NCBI GenBank assembly: GCA_038131445.1
Contig: JAYPPL010000009.1
Location: 20,221-84,220 of the forward strand
DNA: 64,000 bases
Direction: 5' to 3'
Origin: Alphaproteobacteria bacterium
GTDB taxonomy: Bacteria > Pseudomonadota > Alphaproteobacteria > UBA6615
The translations under genes were made by a program, and so were the position numbers. Under the pieces are notes generated by a model. That model was given only the letters and a program-made list of their open reading frames with translations, made no database searches and was not told where the DNA came from. Positions 52,464 through 61,783 of this stretch are shown here, one piece after another. Each line of letters starts with the position of its first letter. Position 1 is the stretch's first letter.

Positions 52464-52495
52464 CGCCGCGCGGTTTCCATCGCGCGGCGTTTTTC
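52464..52495 (+). terminator. Rho-independent terminator after the BKACE gene
   Basis: CGCCGCGCG-gtttccat-CGCGCGGCG followed by TTTTT. Confidence 0.55.
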
Positions 52496-52529
52496 GGCTC
52501 AATAGAAACGGAAACATCGGGAGGAACGG

Positions 52530-53558
52530 ATGTCCGACAATCCCATTAACGGGTTTACGGTAACCAAGGACGATTTTCAGTTCATCGGTGAAGGTCTCCA
52601 ACGACCGGAATGCATTCTGGCAGAGAAGAACGGTGACTTGTGGGCCGCGGACGCGCGCGGCGGTGTCGTTAGAATCAAGCCAGACGGCAGCCAGGAAATC
52701 ATCACCCAGTCCCATGACGCGGATGCCTTTGGCGATTCCAGTAATGACGCCGAGAAATTCGTGGACGGTACCCTGCCCAACGGTCTCGCCTTCGCGAACA
52801 ACGGCGACATCCTGATTTCCAATTTTGGTACCGACTGCTTGGAACGCATGAGTCGCACGGGTGAGACCGAGGTGATGTTCGACACCGTGGATGGCGAGCC
52901 CATCGGTAAGGTCAACTTCGTCGCCCGCGACAGCAAGAACCGCATCTGGATTACGGTCTCGACCATGCTCCATGACTGGCCAAAGGCGATCAGCCCGAAC
53001 ATTATTGATGGCCGGATCTTGCTCTACGAAGAGGACAAGGGAGTGCGCATCGTTGCCGACGACGTGCACTTCTCCAATGAGTGCAAGCTGGATGCGAACG
53101 AGGAATACCTCTACGTCGTCCAGACCTGCGGCCGAAACATTGCGCGTTATAAGATCGGCTCAGACGGCAGCCTTTCCAACAAGGAAATCTATGGCCCGAG
53201 CGACCACGGCCGCCTGATCGACGGCATTGCCTTCGATGCGTACGGCAACCTCTGGGGTACGCATGTCATGAACGACGGCATCTTCGCCATCAAGCCCGAC
53301 GGCGATCTTCATATCATCTTCGACGATTCCAGCCCGGAAGAAGTTAAGAAGCTAGACGACGCATTCCAGGCAGATCAGGTCGATGCCGATCTACTTCTGT
53401 CGATGGGTGGCGAGATCGCAACCTGGTGTGCCTCAGTCACCTTCGGCGGTCCGGACCTGAAGACGGTATATGTCGGCTCTCTGCGCGCGACCAACATTCC
53501 CTACTTCACGTCTCCCGTTGCCGGACTTCCCATGGTCCACTGGAATGAAACATTCTGA
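52530..53558 (+). CDS. SMP-30/gluconolactonase/LRE-family beta-propeller protein
   Basis: 342 aa; repeated Asp/Gly-rich blades (PNGLAFANNGDILISNFG..., IDGIAFDAYGNLWGT...) consistent with a six-bladed propeller lactonase/hydrolase. Confidence 0.6.
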   Translation: MSDNPINGFTVTKDDFQFIGEGLQRPECILAEKNGDLWAADARGGVVRIKPDGSQEIITQSHDADAFGDSSNDAEKFVDGTLPNGLAFANNGDILISNFGTDCLERMSRTGETEVMFDTVDGEPIGKVNFVARDSKNRIWITVSTMLHDWPKAISPNIIDGRILLYEEDKGVRIVADDVHFSNECKLDANEEYLYVVQTCGRNIARYKIGSDGSLSNKEIYGPSDHGRLIDGIAFDAYGNLWGTHVMNDGIFAIKPDGDLHIIFDDSSPEEVKKLDDAFQADQVDADLLLSMGGEIATWCASVTFGGPDLKTVYVGSLRATNIPYFTSPVAGLPMVHWNETF

Positions 53559-53584
53559 TCCCCTAGGGATCCGCAGGCAGAGAA

Positions 53585-53616
53585 TTGGCCGGGCATGTCC
53601 CGGCCAATTTTGTTCT
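53585..53616 (+). terminator. Hairpin terminator between convergent genes
   Basis: AATTGGCCGGG-catg-CCCGGCCAATT (11-bp stem) followed by TTGTT. Confidence 0.5.
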
Positions 53617-53633
53617 CAGCGGGGGCTGGCCTC

Positions 53634-54236
53634 CTACCCGTTCCACTCGCTCGTGAAATCCGCCGCATCCTGACGCGGCTTTACAGGTGCTGGATCAGCC
53701 GACTTGCCGATATAGACGAAGCCAAGAAGTTCGTCCTCACGTTCAAGGCCGAATGCGGCACGCACGCGCCCCGCATAGGCATTTCGCCCCGTCAGCACAA
53801 TCGCCCCATACCCCATCGCCTGGGCTGCAAGGACGAGATGCTCCATGGCGCCCGCCGCGGCGACGATCTGTTCGATCACTGGAACTTTGGGTGCACGCGA
53901 CGGATCGACTTTCGCGCAAACGGCAATAATGAGCGGTGCTCGCAACGGCCGGTTTTTTTCTTTCTCAATGGCCGAAGGCGGCGCGAAAGGCTCTCGGTCT
54001 AGAAGAGATGCCGAAAACAAATCGCCCAGTTTCTCTCGCGCATTGCCCTTGATGATATGAAAACGCCACGGACGAACTGCGCCATGGTCCGGTGCCGTCA
54101 CGGCGGCTTTTAGCATCCGTTCGATCTCTGCGTGCGAGGGCGCCTCATCCCCCATCAGGCGTGGCGGTGTCGAGGAGCGCTGGATCAGCGCATCCAGAAC
54201 TGACTGTCCGGCCATCGGATTGTTGATTTCGGCCAT
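53634..54236 (-). CDS. Nitroreductase-family protein
   Basis: 200 aa; nitroreductase fold pattern (SSTPPRL...VRPWRFHII...). Confidence 0.7.
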   Translation of the reverse strand: MAEINNPMAGQSVLDALIQRSSTPPRLMGDEAPSHAEIERMLKAAVTAPDHGAVRPWRFHIIKGNAREKLGDLFSASLLDREPFAPPSAIEKEKNRPLRAPLIIAVCAKVDPSRAPKVPVIEQIVAAAGAMEHLVLAAQAMGYGAIVLTGRNAYAGRVRAAFGLEREDELLGFVYIGKSADPAPVKPRQDAADFTSEWNG

Positions 54237-54435
54237 TTCACCGTCTTTTTTTGTTTTTCACATACCGAGAGGTATGCCGCATAACGCAGAATGACAAGTC
54301 CGTGAATCAACGCAGGCTGTTGCAAACAAAATCAATCGGGATCGCAATCCCTAAACTTTGCTGGCACCAGGCTGTTAGGCGCTCAATATCAACGTTGCAC
54401 GCCCCATATCTTCGCCCTGTGTTCCGGTCGACGTT

Positions 54436-55365
54436 TTAGTATCCAACTGTACGGTCCACGGCCCAAATCTGCGGCTCCCCAGCCTGATCGCGGCGGACGA
54501 TTTCCGCCACCTGCGGCGCTACCGTATCCGCGCGCACGCGTCGGGCCGTATGCGGCATGATCGTAACCCGCGGATGCGACCAGAGCGGGCTGTCTGCGGG
54601 CAACGGCTCCGGTTTGGTCGCGTCCAGCGTTGCACCGGACAATTGTCCTGAGTCCAGCGCCGCGATCAGGTCCGCGTCCACCAGATGTCCGCCCCTGCCC
54701 AGATTAACAATGCAGGCCGCTTCCGGCATCTGCGCGAAGGTTTTCGCATTCAGGATGCCCTCGGTCTCCTCCGTCAGCGGCAGCAGGCATACTGCAATAT
54801 CGGTGCGCGCCAGGAAGGCTGCGAGACCTCCTGGGCCGTGAAACATCTCAATTTCGTCGTCCTGACGTGCCGAGCGAGTCCAGGCAGCTACATCGAAACC
54901 AAGATTGCGCAGCGCGCGCGCCGGCGGCTGCGCAAGAACACCAAAGCCCATGAAGCCAACCCGCTGTTCGTGAGGCTGCTTCTGCGGAATGACCTTCCAT
55001 TCACTGCGGGACTGCTGTTCCAGATAATCTGGCATGTGCCGGTGATGGCGCAGCACATGTAGCACAACGTATTCGGTCATCGCCGGATCGCCCGCCGGCG
55101 GGCCTGTACGCACGATCGGCACATCGGGCATATGTGGGCTCGCCATCAGATGGTCGAACCCTGCGAACATCGGCATGACTAGCCGCAGGTTCGGCAGTTT
55201 TGGCAGTTCCGCCAGATCCATGAACCCCGTCAGCAGGTACAGAATATCGGCTGGGTCACCGACGTCCGGCCAAAGACGAATGTCGAGATCGGGCGCCTCG
55301 ACCAAAACCATGTCGCGCCAGTACTCGGTGGAGCCCGTCACGGGCGGCGTGATGAGCAATGCCAT
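54436..55365 (-). CDS. D-2-hydroxyacid dehydrogenase (glyoxylate/hydroxypyruvate reductase A-like)
   Basis: 309 aa; NAD-binding GFMGFGVLAQ, catalytic region ...NLGRGGHLVDADL... Confidence 0.7.
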   Translation of the reverse strand: MALLITPPVTGSTEYWRDMVLVEAPDLDIRLWPDVGDPADILYLLTGFMDLAELPKLPNLRLVMPMFAGFDHLMASPHMPDVPIVRTGPPAGDPAMTEYVVLHVLRHHRHMPDYLEQQSRSEWKVIPQKQPHEQRVGFMGFGVLAQPPARALRNLGFDVAAWTRSARQDDEIEMFHGPGGLAAFLARTDIAVCLLPLTEETEGILNAKTFAQMPEAACIVNLGRGGHLVDADLIAALDSGQLSGATLDATKPEPLPADSPLWSHPRVTIMPHTARRVRADTVAPQVAEIVRRDQAGEPQIWAVDRTVGY

Positions 55366-55379
55366 GACGACGCACAGAG

Positions 55380-56261
55380 TTACGCATTACTGCCATGGGC
55401 GGCACGGTACCAGTCCATGATCTGCTCGCCCGGCACCACCGCTACATCCGAATGTCCCTGAATGTAGTCCAAGATATCCTCGAAATACTTGATCCGGTGC
55501 GGCGCACCGGTGAGATACATGTGCAGGCTGATCGACATAATCCGCGCGGAATCCGTGCTTTCCTGATAGAGCCGGTCGAACTGATCCTTTGAACGCTTGA
55601 ACATTTCATCCGACGAGTGCTGTTGCAGCGCCATCATGGTGATGTCGTTGGTTTCCACTGTGTAAGGGACTGACAACATCGGCCCTTCGCTCGTCTCAAT
55701 CTCGACGGGTTGGTCGTCCAGCACCCAGTCGGCGACGTACTCGACCCCAGCCCGGGCCAGGCAGTCGATGGTCTGGAAGGTTTCAGTCAGGCCCGGGCTT
55801 TCCCAACCCCTCACCTTCTTGCCCGAGAATTTCTCGATGGCCGCGACCGCGCGGTCGATCTGCTCCTGCTGGTCGTCATGCTTGTGCATTGGACCCTGCA
55901 GATATCCGTGCCCCATGAACTCCCAGTCGAGCTCCAATGCCGCTTCGGCAATGCGCGGATAGTTCTCGCAGACACGCCCGTTAATCGCCATTGTCGGCTT
56001 GATCCCGCGCTCGCGCAGCGCGTCACGAATGCGCCAGAACCCGACCCGCATGCCGTATTCATGCCACGACCAGTTCGGCAGATCCGGAAGCAGGGGAACG
56101 CCCATGGGCGGCGGCAGGACCGTGCGCGGCATTGGGCGCGCAATGTCCCAATCCTCAACGTTGGCGATGATCCACACCGCCATGCGTTTGCCGTCGGGCA
56201 GCTTCCACGCTGGACGATCGACAATGGCTGAATAGGGTACACGTTCCTTAAAAATCTTCAT
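55380..56261 (-). CDS. Polysaccharide deacetylase-family protein (PuuE allantoinase-like)
   Basis: 293 aa; NodB-fold-like motifs; similar in architecture to PuuE-type deacetylases. Confidence 0.65.
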   Translation of the reverse strand: MKIFKERVPYSAIVDRPAWKLPDGKRMAVWIIANVEDWDIARPMPRTVLPPPMGVPLLPDLPNWSWHEYGMRVGFWRIRDALRERGIKPTMAINGRVCENYPRIAEAALELDWEFMGHGYLQGPMHKHDDQQEQIDRAVAAIEKFSGKKVRGWESPGLTETFQTIDCLARAGVEYVADWVLDDQPVEIETSEGPMLSVPYTVETNDITMMALQQHSSDEMFKRSKDQFDRLYQESTDSARIMSISLHMYLTGAPHRIKYFEDILDYIQGHSDVAVVPGEQIMDWYRAAHGSNA

Positions 56262-56328
56262 CTCATTCTCCGGGCAACAGAAGGCCGCGATTATGCGGAA
56301 TCGTCTCAGGCGACGCCAGCCGGACGGC

Positions 56329-57702
56329 CTACAGGTAACCCAGCTCGATGAGGATCAGACTGAGGTCCGGATAGGCGATCAGGATCAGCAAGACCAGGAA
56401 CATCATAACGGCGAACGGGAAGGCTCCGGCAAAGATATCAGCCAGCGATACCGTCGGGTCGTTGATCGCGCTCTTGATAACGAAACAGGAGATTCCGAGC
56501 GGCGGGGTCAGCAGTCCGATTTCGGCCCCGACCACCGTCACGATGCCGAACCACACCAGATCGACGTTGAAGCTTTCGAGAACCACCAGGAATAGCGGAA
56601 CGACGATCAGGATGATCGACGCTGTCTCGATGATCGTGCCGAGCAGCACCATCAAGACGACGTAGATCAGCATCAACTCGTTGAGCGATAGATCGAAGGT
56701 CCCGAGCCATTCACCGAACACAGTCGGCAGCGCTGCAACGCCCAGCATGCGGCTGTACATGGAAGCCGAGATAATTAGGAAAAGGATCGTTGCGGTGATG
56801 TAGCCCGTCTCGACAAGGACTTCCCACAAATCACGCCAGCCGAAACTGCGCTTGATGACGGCAATCGCCAGTGCGGCCAGCGCACCCGCCGCGCCCGCCT
56901 CCACTGGTGTGACGACACCGCCATAGATACCACCCAGAACGACCAGTACGAGGATCACCACCGGGACGATCTTCTTGATGAGGTCCAGCCAGGTCAGCCT
57001 CGCCCAGTCCTCGGCCGCAATTTCGCCCGCCTGCTGGCCGCCCACATAGCGCGGAAAGGTGTAAGCCAGTAACAAGATCAGAATCCCGAAACAGACCGCC
57101 AGCAAAATGCCCGGGATGATACCGGCGATGAACATGCGTCCGACCGACTGTTCGGTGACGATGGCGTAAATGATGAGCATGGCGCTCGGCGGGATCAGCA
57201 TGCCCAGCACGGACGAACCCGCAACCACGCCAACGGTAAAGCGCGGTTGATAGCCGAACCGGCGCATCTCGGGGATCGCGACCCGGGTAAACACGGAAGC
57301 CGAGGCGATAGACGAACCCGTGATCGACGCAAAGATTGCGTTTGCCGCCACGGTGGCGATGCCGAGGCCGCCCCTTATCCTGTAGAAAATGAAGTTCGCG
57401 AACTCGTACACGTCCTTTCCGAGCCCCGCCTTGCTGACAATCAGGCCCATCAGCGCGAACAACGGCACGGACGCAAAGACCAGCTCGGAAACTGTATCAG
57501 CAATAGATTCCGACAGCAGGGCAACCGCGATATCGACATTTCCACGGATCAGCCATACGCCAAGGAACGACACAAGCCCCAGGGCCACCGGGATATATAG
57601 GCCGGTATAGATCAGGAAGACGATCACCACGACCGAGGCAATACCGACCTCAATGCCACCCATATCGGCCAACCTCTCCGGACCGCGCCTAGCGCGATCC
57701 AC
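56329..57702 (-). CDS. dctM: TRAP transporter large permease
   Basis: About 440-457 aa, 12+ TM; the start may be the internal Met at 57663. Confidence 0.75.
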   Translation of the reverse strand: MDRARRGPERLADMGGIEVGIASVVVIVFLIYTGLYIPVALGLVSFLGVWLIRGNVDIAVALLSESIADTVSELVFASVPLFALMGLIVSKAGLGKDVYEFANFIFYRIRGGLGIATVAANAIFASITGSSIASASVFTRVAIPEMRRFGYQPRFTVGVVAGSSVLGMLIPPSAMLIIYAIVTEQSVGRMFIAGIIPGILLAVCFGILILLLAYTFPRYVGGQQAGEIAAEDWARLTWLDLIKKIVPVVILVLVVLGGIYGGVVTPVEAGAAGALAALAIAVIKRSFGWRDLWEVLVETGYITATILFLIISASMYSRMLGVAALPTVFGEWLGTFDLSLNELMLIYVVLMVLLGTIIETASIILIVVPLFLVVLESFNVDLVWFGIVTVVGAEIGLLTPPLGISCFVIKSAINDPTVSLADIFAGAFPFAVMMFLVLLILIAYPDLSLILIELGYL

Positions 57703-58234
57703 GCACCAGCGGCATAACGTGCCGGATAGCGAATTTCAGGAACTGGAGCATCGTCACCGTGCAGCCCAGTACGATAACGGCCTTGATCGGCCATTCGGGC
57801 ACCGTGAAGAGCCCCTCTTCGCCCACGAAATAGTTCAGCCTCCAGGCGTCATAGAGTTCCGGCACCGCCCCGTAGAGCACGATCAGCAGGAACACCACGC
57901 CGAGCAGGTCGAAGATCGCGCCCATGGCGTGGCCCATGCGCGGCTGACGCCGCTGGATCATGCCGTAGAAACCGTCGGACCGGGTCAGACGTCCGCGCCG
58001 CGTCGCATCGCCGATCTGCATAAAGACGATGGCGACAATCGACATCTCTACCAGCTCGTTCACACCATGGATCGGATGGGTGAAAAGTGTACGGCTGAAC
58101 GCATCGGTGTCGATCATGATCATGAGGACAAAGATCCAGGCCGACCCGATAGTGTTCATCACCGTCAGGATACGGTCGAGAATATCCTGAGGGGCGCCGC
58201 TTGCCTGCGGCGCCCCTTCAGTTGTCTCTGTCAT
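57689..58234 (-). CDS. dctQ: TRAP transporter small permease
   Basis: 181 aa, 4 TM. Confidence 0.7.
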   Translation of the reverse strand: MTETTEGAPQASGAPQDILDRILTVMNTIGSAWIFVLMIMIDTDAFSRTLFTHPIHGVNELVEMSIVAIVFMQIGDATRRGRLTRSDGFYGMIQRRQPRMGHAMGAIFDLLGVVFLLIVLYGAVPELYDAWRLNYFVGEEGLFTVPEWPIKAVIVLGCTVTMLQFLKFAIRHVMPLVRGSR

Positions 58235-58258
58235 GCCGGAACCTCGAGTTGACCGGGA

Positions 58259-59356
58259 TCAGGAACCGATCTCGCGGTCCCACTGACGCAGAATTGGCTG
58301 GTTGTTGGCTCGCATCACGTTCATATAGGACTTCATGACCGTTGCCCCCGGCAGACCTTCCTTCTCACGCGCCGCAACCCAGTCAGCCGCCACGTTCGGC
58401 ATCTTGTCCGCCCATTCCTGACGCTCGGCCTGACTCAGCTCGGTGACCTTGCCACCACCAGCGACAAAGGCCTTCAGGCTGGAGTCGGCGAGCTTGAGGG
58501 CCTCATCGGCCATATGGTCACGATAAAGGATGGATGCTTCCTGAATGGCCGTCTTCACCTCATCAGGAAGGTCCTTCCAGGTGTCGAGATTTGCCGACAC
58601 AACCTTGGAGTTTGCAGTGCCAAGATCCGCTTTCAGCATGTAGGGCGAAACCTCGTACATCTTACGCCCCACCACGGCTTCCGGCCACAACATGATCGCG
58701 TCGAGGACACCCGTGCTGAGCTGGTTGTAATAGTGGACCAGGCTGCCAGCAACGCCAGCGGCGCCGAAGCCTTCAAGCCAGCGGAGGTTCAGGCCTGCAC
58801 TGCCGATCTTCAGGCCGTTCATGTCCGCCAGACGCGCCACCGGCTGCTTCGAGAAGATCTGGTAGGTGTCGAGCACGGCCATATTCGTCAGATATACCTG
58901 ATTGAACTTGGTGAAGGCCTGCTTGAACTCTGCATGCTTGTCGGCCAGACCATCTACGGTCTGGGCCACGAGCTTCGGATCGTTGGTGACGAACGGCGTG
59001 GCATACGCCACGAGCTGCAGCGGTACCTTGTCCGCATGGAAGACCGAGGTTACGACACCGATGTCTCCGAGGCCTTTCTGCAGGCCGCCGAGCACACCCC
59101 GAACCTTCACAATCTGGCCCCAAGCCTGGTTCCACTCGATCTCGTAGTTGCTGGTCTTGGCCAGGCGCTTGTCAATCTCGGGGATATAGAAGTCTATGAA
59201 TTCCTTCACCCACAGAGACTTCGGCGAATAACCGTCAATGGCCGCGAGCTTGATTTTCTCGGCAGCAGAGGACGGAGCCGCGAACATGGCCGATGCCAAG
59301 ACGGCACCGGCTCCGACGGCGGCGAGTTTACGTGCAAAGGATTTCTTCTGGCTCAT
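58259..59356 (-). CDS. dctP: TRAP transporter substrate-binding protein
   Basis: Start MSQKKSFARKLAAVGAGAVLASAMFAAPSSAA (signal peptide); DctP-family fold. Confidence 0.8.
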   Translation of the reverse strand: MSQKKSFARKLAAVGAGAVLASAMFAAPSSAAEKIKLAAIDGYSPKSLWVKEFIDFYIPEIDKRLAKTSNYEIEWNQAWGQIVKVRGVLGGLQKGLGDIGVVTSVFHADKVPLQLVAYATPFVTNDPKLVAQTVDGLADKHAEFKQAFTKFNQVYLTNMAVLDTYQIFSKQPVARLADMNGLKIGSAGLNLRWLEGFGAAGVAGSLVHYYNQLSTGVLDAIMLWPEAVVGRKMYEVSPYMLKADLGTANSKVVSANLDTWKDLPDEVKTAIQEASILYRDHMADEALKLADSSLKAFVAGGGKVTELSQAERQEWADKMPNVAADWVAAREKEGLPGATVMKSYMNVMRANNQPILRQWDREIGS

Positions 59357-59512
59357 CGTTTTCTCCCCCAGGATGCCCCGGCTCATTGATGATTTTGGTT
59401 TTTTGGCGACGTGTTTTAGCGATTAGGATTGAACCGACAGTCACGGCATGGAGTCAACTCTTGCAGTCGGTGCATGTTCGCCAGCGGCAAACGAAAATCT
59501 CGAACCGAGCCG

Positions 59513-60130
59513 CTACTCGAGCGGGATCATTACGTATTCGGCATAGCCGGGCCGCTCGCCGAGACGTTCGTACCAGGCACGAATATTCGGGCGATCCGGC
59601 CTTTCGATATCCATCGCGTACCAACGATAGACCGCCTGGCCAATGGGAATGTCCCCCATGGTGAATTCATTACCGGCGACAAAGTCCCGGTCTTCAAGAT
59701 AGCGCTCAAGAATGACGCTCGCTGCCGCGGCCCCCTCCACGCCCTGCGTGACCATTTCTATATTACGATTTTCCGGCGCGGTACGTATCAACTGGTGGAA
59801 CACCGGACGCAATGCGTTCCAGAAGGTGGTGGTGGCCCAGTCCATCCAGCGGTCCGCATCTGCCCGCACAAGCGGGGCTTCGGGCCATAGTGTGCCGCGT
59901 CCATGTTTCTCCGCCAGATAGCGAAGGCAGGCGTTCGATTCCCACAGGATGAAACCGTCATCGTCGATGGTGGGCACGACACGGTTCGGGTTCATCGCGA
60001 GATAATCGTCGGTGAAACCAAATTTTCCGGCCATGTCCGGACGTTTGAAGGGAATGCCCATTTCGGCGCACCCCCAGAGCAGCTTCTGCACGTTGGACGA
60101 AGTAAGCCGTCCCCAGATCGTTAATGCCAT
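59513..60130 (-). CDS. Glutathione S-transferase-family protein
   Basis: Start MALTIWGRLTSSNVQKLLWGCAEMGIPF; GST N- and C-domains. Confidence 0.65.
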   Translation of the reverse strand: MALTIWGRLTSSNVQKLLWGCAEMGIPFKRPDMAGKFGFTDDYLAMNPNRVVPTIDDDGFILWESNACLRYLAEKHGRGTLWPEAPLVRADADRWMDWATTTFWNALRPVFHQLIRTAPENRNIEMVTQGVEGAAAASVILERYLEDRDFVAGNEFTMGDIPIGQAVYRWYAMDIERPDRPNIRAWYERLGERPGYAEYVMIPLE

Positions 60131-60278
60131 GACAGGCCTCCCGTTAAAGAAGGAAAGTCTATCCGACCACGTTTGATTTCTCGATAACCTTGCCGTGAGG
60201 CTTCGCATAGACTTGGATCTATCGAATGGGTAGAAACATAGTCTCCGGAACGTAAAGAAGTCCGGGAAAACACCACTA

Positions 60279-61157
60279 GTGTTTAGAAGGGGAGAAAAAA
60301 GGTTGAAACCGGCACCTTTTGCCTATGTTCGCGCCGAGAACCTTGAGCAGGTTTTCGACCTGCTCGAAGAACATGGCGACGATGCGCGCATTCTCGCCGG
60401 CGGCCAGAGCCTTATGGCGACGCTCAACATGCGCCTATCCACGCCCGAGGTACTTATAGACATCAACCAATTGGACGGTCTGTCCGGTATATCGGTATCA
60501 GGTGACACGCTGACCATCGGGGCTCTTACCCGACACTCGGAAGTCCATGACTCTCCTGATGTTTTGAAGCATGCCCCTCTGATCGCGAAGGCGATGCCCC
60601 ATGTGGCTCACCACGCCATCCGCAACCGCGGCACCTTCGGCGGTTCGATCGCCTTCGCGGATCCTGCGGCGGAAATGCCAGCAGTGACACGCGCACTGGG
60701 CGCAACATTCATCCTGCAAGGCCGAAACGGACAGCGTAAGGTCGCGGCCGACGACTTCTTCAAAGGCTTGTTCGAGACCGAACGCCGGGAGAACGAGATT
60801 CTGGTGGCAGCCGAAATTCCGGCTATCCAGAACGATGAACGCACCTCCTTTATGGAGCTCTCCCGCCGCCACGGCGACTACGCCATCGTCGGCATCGCCG
60901 TTCAGGGCTGTGTCAATGGCGGCACGTTCTCCGATATGCGGATTGGCTTCCTGGGCGCCGGCGACCAGCCGATCCTCGCCAGGAGCGCCATGTCGGAGTT
61001 GAACGGACAACCCAACAATGAGGACAGCGTGAAAAAGGCGCAGAATGCGCTGGATGCCGACCTCGATCCGATGGCCGACCTGAACGGCCCGGCAGAAATG
61101 AAAATGCATCTGGCTCGCGTGCTGACCAAGCGGGCGCTCGCCGAGCTTGCAGCCTGA
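60279..61157 (+). CDS. FAD-binding medium subunit of a xanthine dehydrogenase/CODH-family enzyme (second copy)
   Basis: 292 aa; ILAGGQSLMATLNMRL, RNRGTFGGSIAFADPAAE; CoxM/XdhB-like. Confidence 0.7.
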   Translation: MFRRGEKRLKPAPFAYVRAENLEQVFDLLEEHGDDARILAGGQSLMATLNMRLSTPEVLIDINQLDGLSGISVSGDTLTIGALTRHSEVHDSPDVLKHAPLIAKAMPHVAHHAIRNRGTFGGSIAFADPAAEMPAVTRALGATFILQGRNGQRKVAADDFFKGLFETERRENEILVAAEIPAIQNDERTSFMELSRRHGDYAIVGIAVQGCVNGGTFSDMRIGFLGAGDQPILARSAMSELNGQPNNEDSVKKAQNALDADLDPMADLNGPAEMKMHLARVLTKRALAELAA

Positions 61158-61174
61158 ACAGCGCGGAGGGAAAG

Positions 61175-61654
61175 ATGGACAATAATGCCGATATCACCCT
61201 GAGTATAAATGGCCAAAAGGTCACTCGGCGAGTGCCTGCACGCACCAATCTTGTTGACTTCGTTCGCTACGAGATGGAGCTGACCGGCAGCCATGTAGGG
61301 TGTGAGCACGGTGTGTGCGGCGCGTGCACCATCCGTGTTGACGGAAACATTGTGCGCGGCTGCCTAATGCTGGCCGCGCAGGCTGACGGCGCCGTGGTGG
61401 AAACCATCGAGGGGCTATCGGACTCTGGAGAGATCGCGGACCTGCAGAAGGCCTTTCATGAACGCAACGCCGTTCAGTGTGGCTTCTGCACCCCTGGCAT
61501 GCTGCTGACTGCTCAGGAACTCCTTGATAAGTACCCTTCCCCTTCTCGTGAGGAAATCCGGGAGTTCATTTCCGGAAACTATTGCCGCTGCACGGGCTAT
61601 CAGGCGATCGTCGATGCCATCGAGCAGGTGGCCGAGGAGCGCCGCAGCTCTTAA
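61175..61654 (+). CDS. (2Fe-2S)-binding small subunit of a xanthine dehydrogenase/CODH-family enzyme (second copy)
   Basis: 159 aa; CEHGVCGACTIRVDG and [11 protein letters not shown]...CRCTGY. Confidence 0.8.
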   Translation: MDNNADITLSINGQKVTRRVPARTNLVDFVRYEMELTGSHVGCEHGVCGACTIRVDGNIVRGCLMLAAQADGAVVETIEGLSDSGEIADLQKAFHERNAVQCGFCTPGMLLTAQELLDKYPSPSREEIREFISGNYCRCTGYQAIVDAIEQVAEERRSS

Positions 61655-61732
61655 CTACTTAAATATGTTCATTTAAATTTTTAAACGGGCGCTTTTGGGC
61701 GTTTTTTCCACATTTCAACACAACCAGAACGT

Positions 61733-61769
61733 AAAAAAACGGCGCAGTCTCCTGCGCCGTTTCTTTTAT
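61733..61769. terminator. Bidirectional rho-independent terminator between convergent genes
   Basis: AAAAAAAC-GGCGCAG-tctc-CTGCGCC-GTTTCTTTTATTT: A-run, GC stem, T-run. Confidence 0.6.
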
Positions 61770-61783
61770 TTAATCATTTATTT

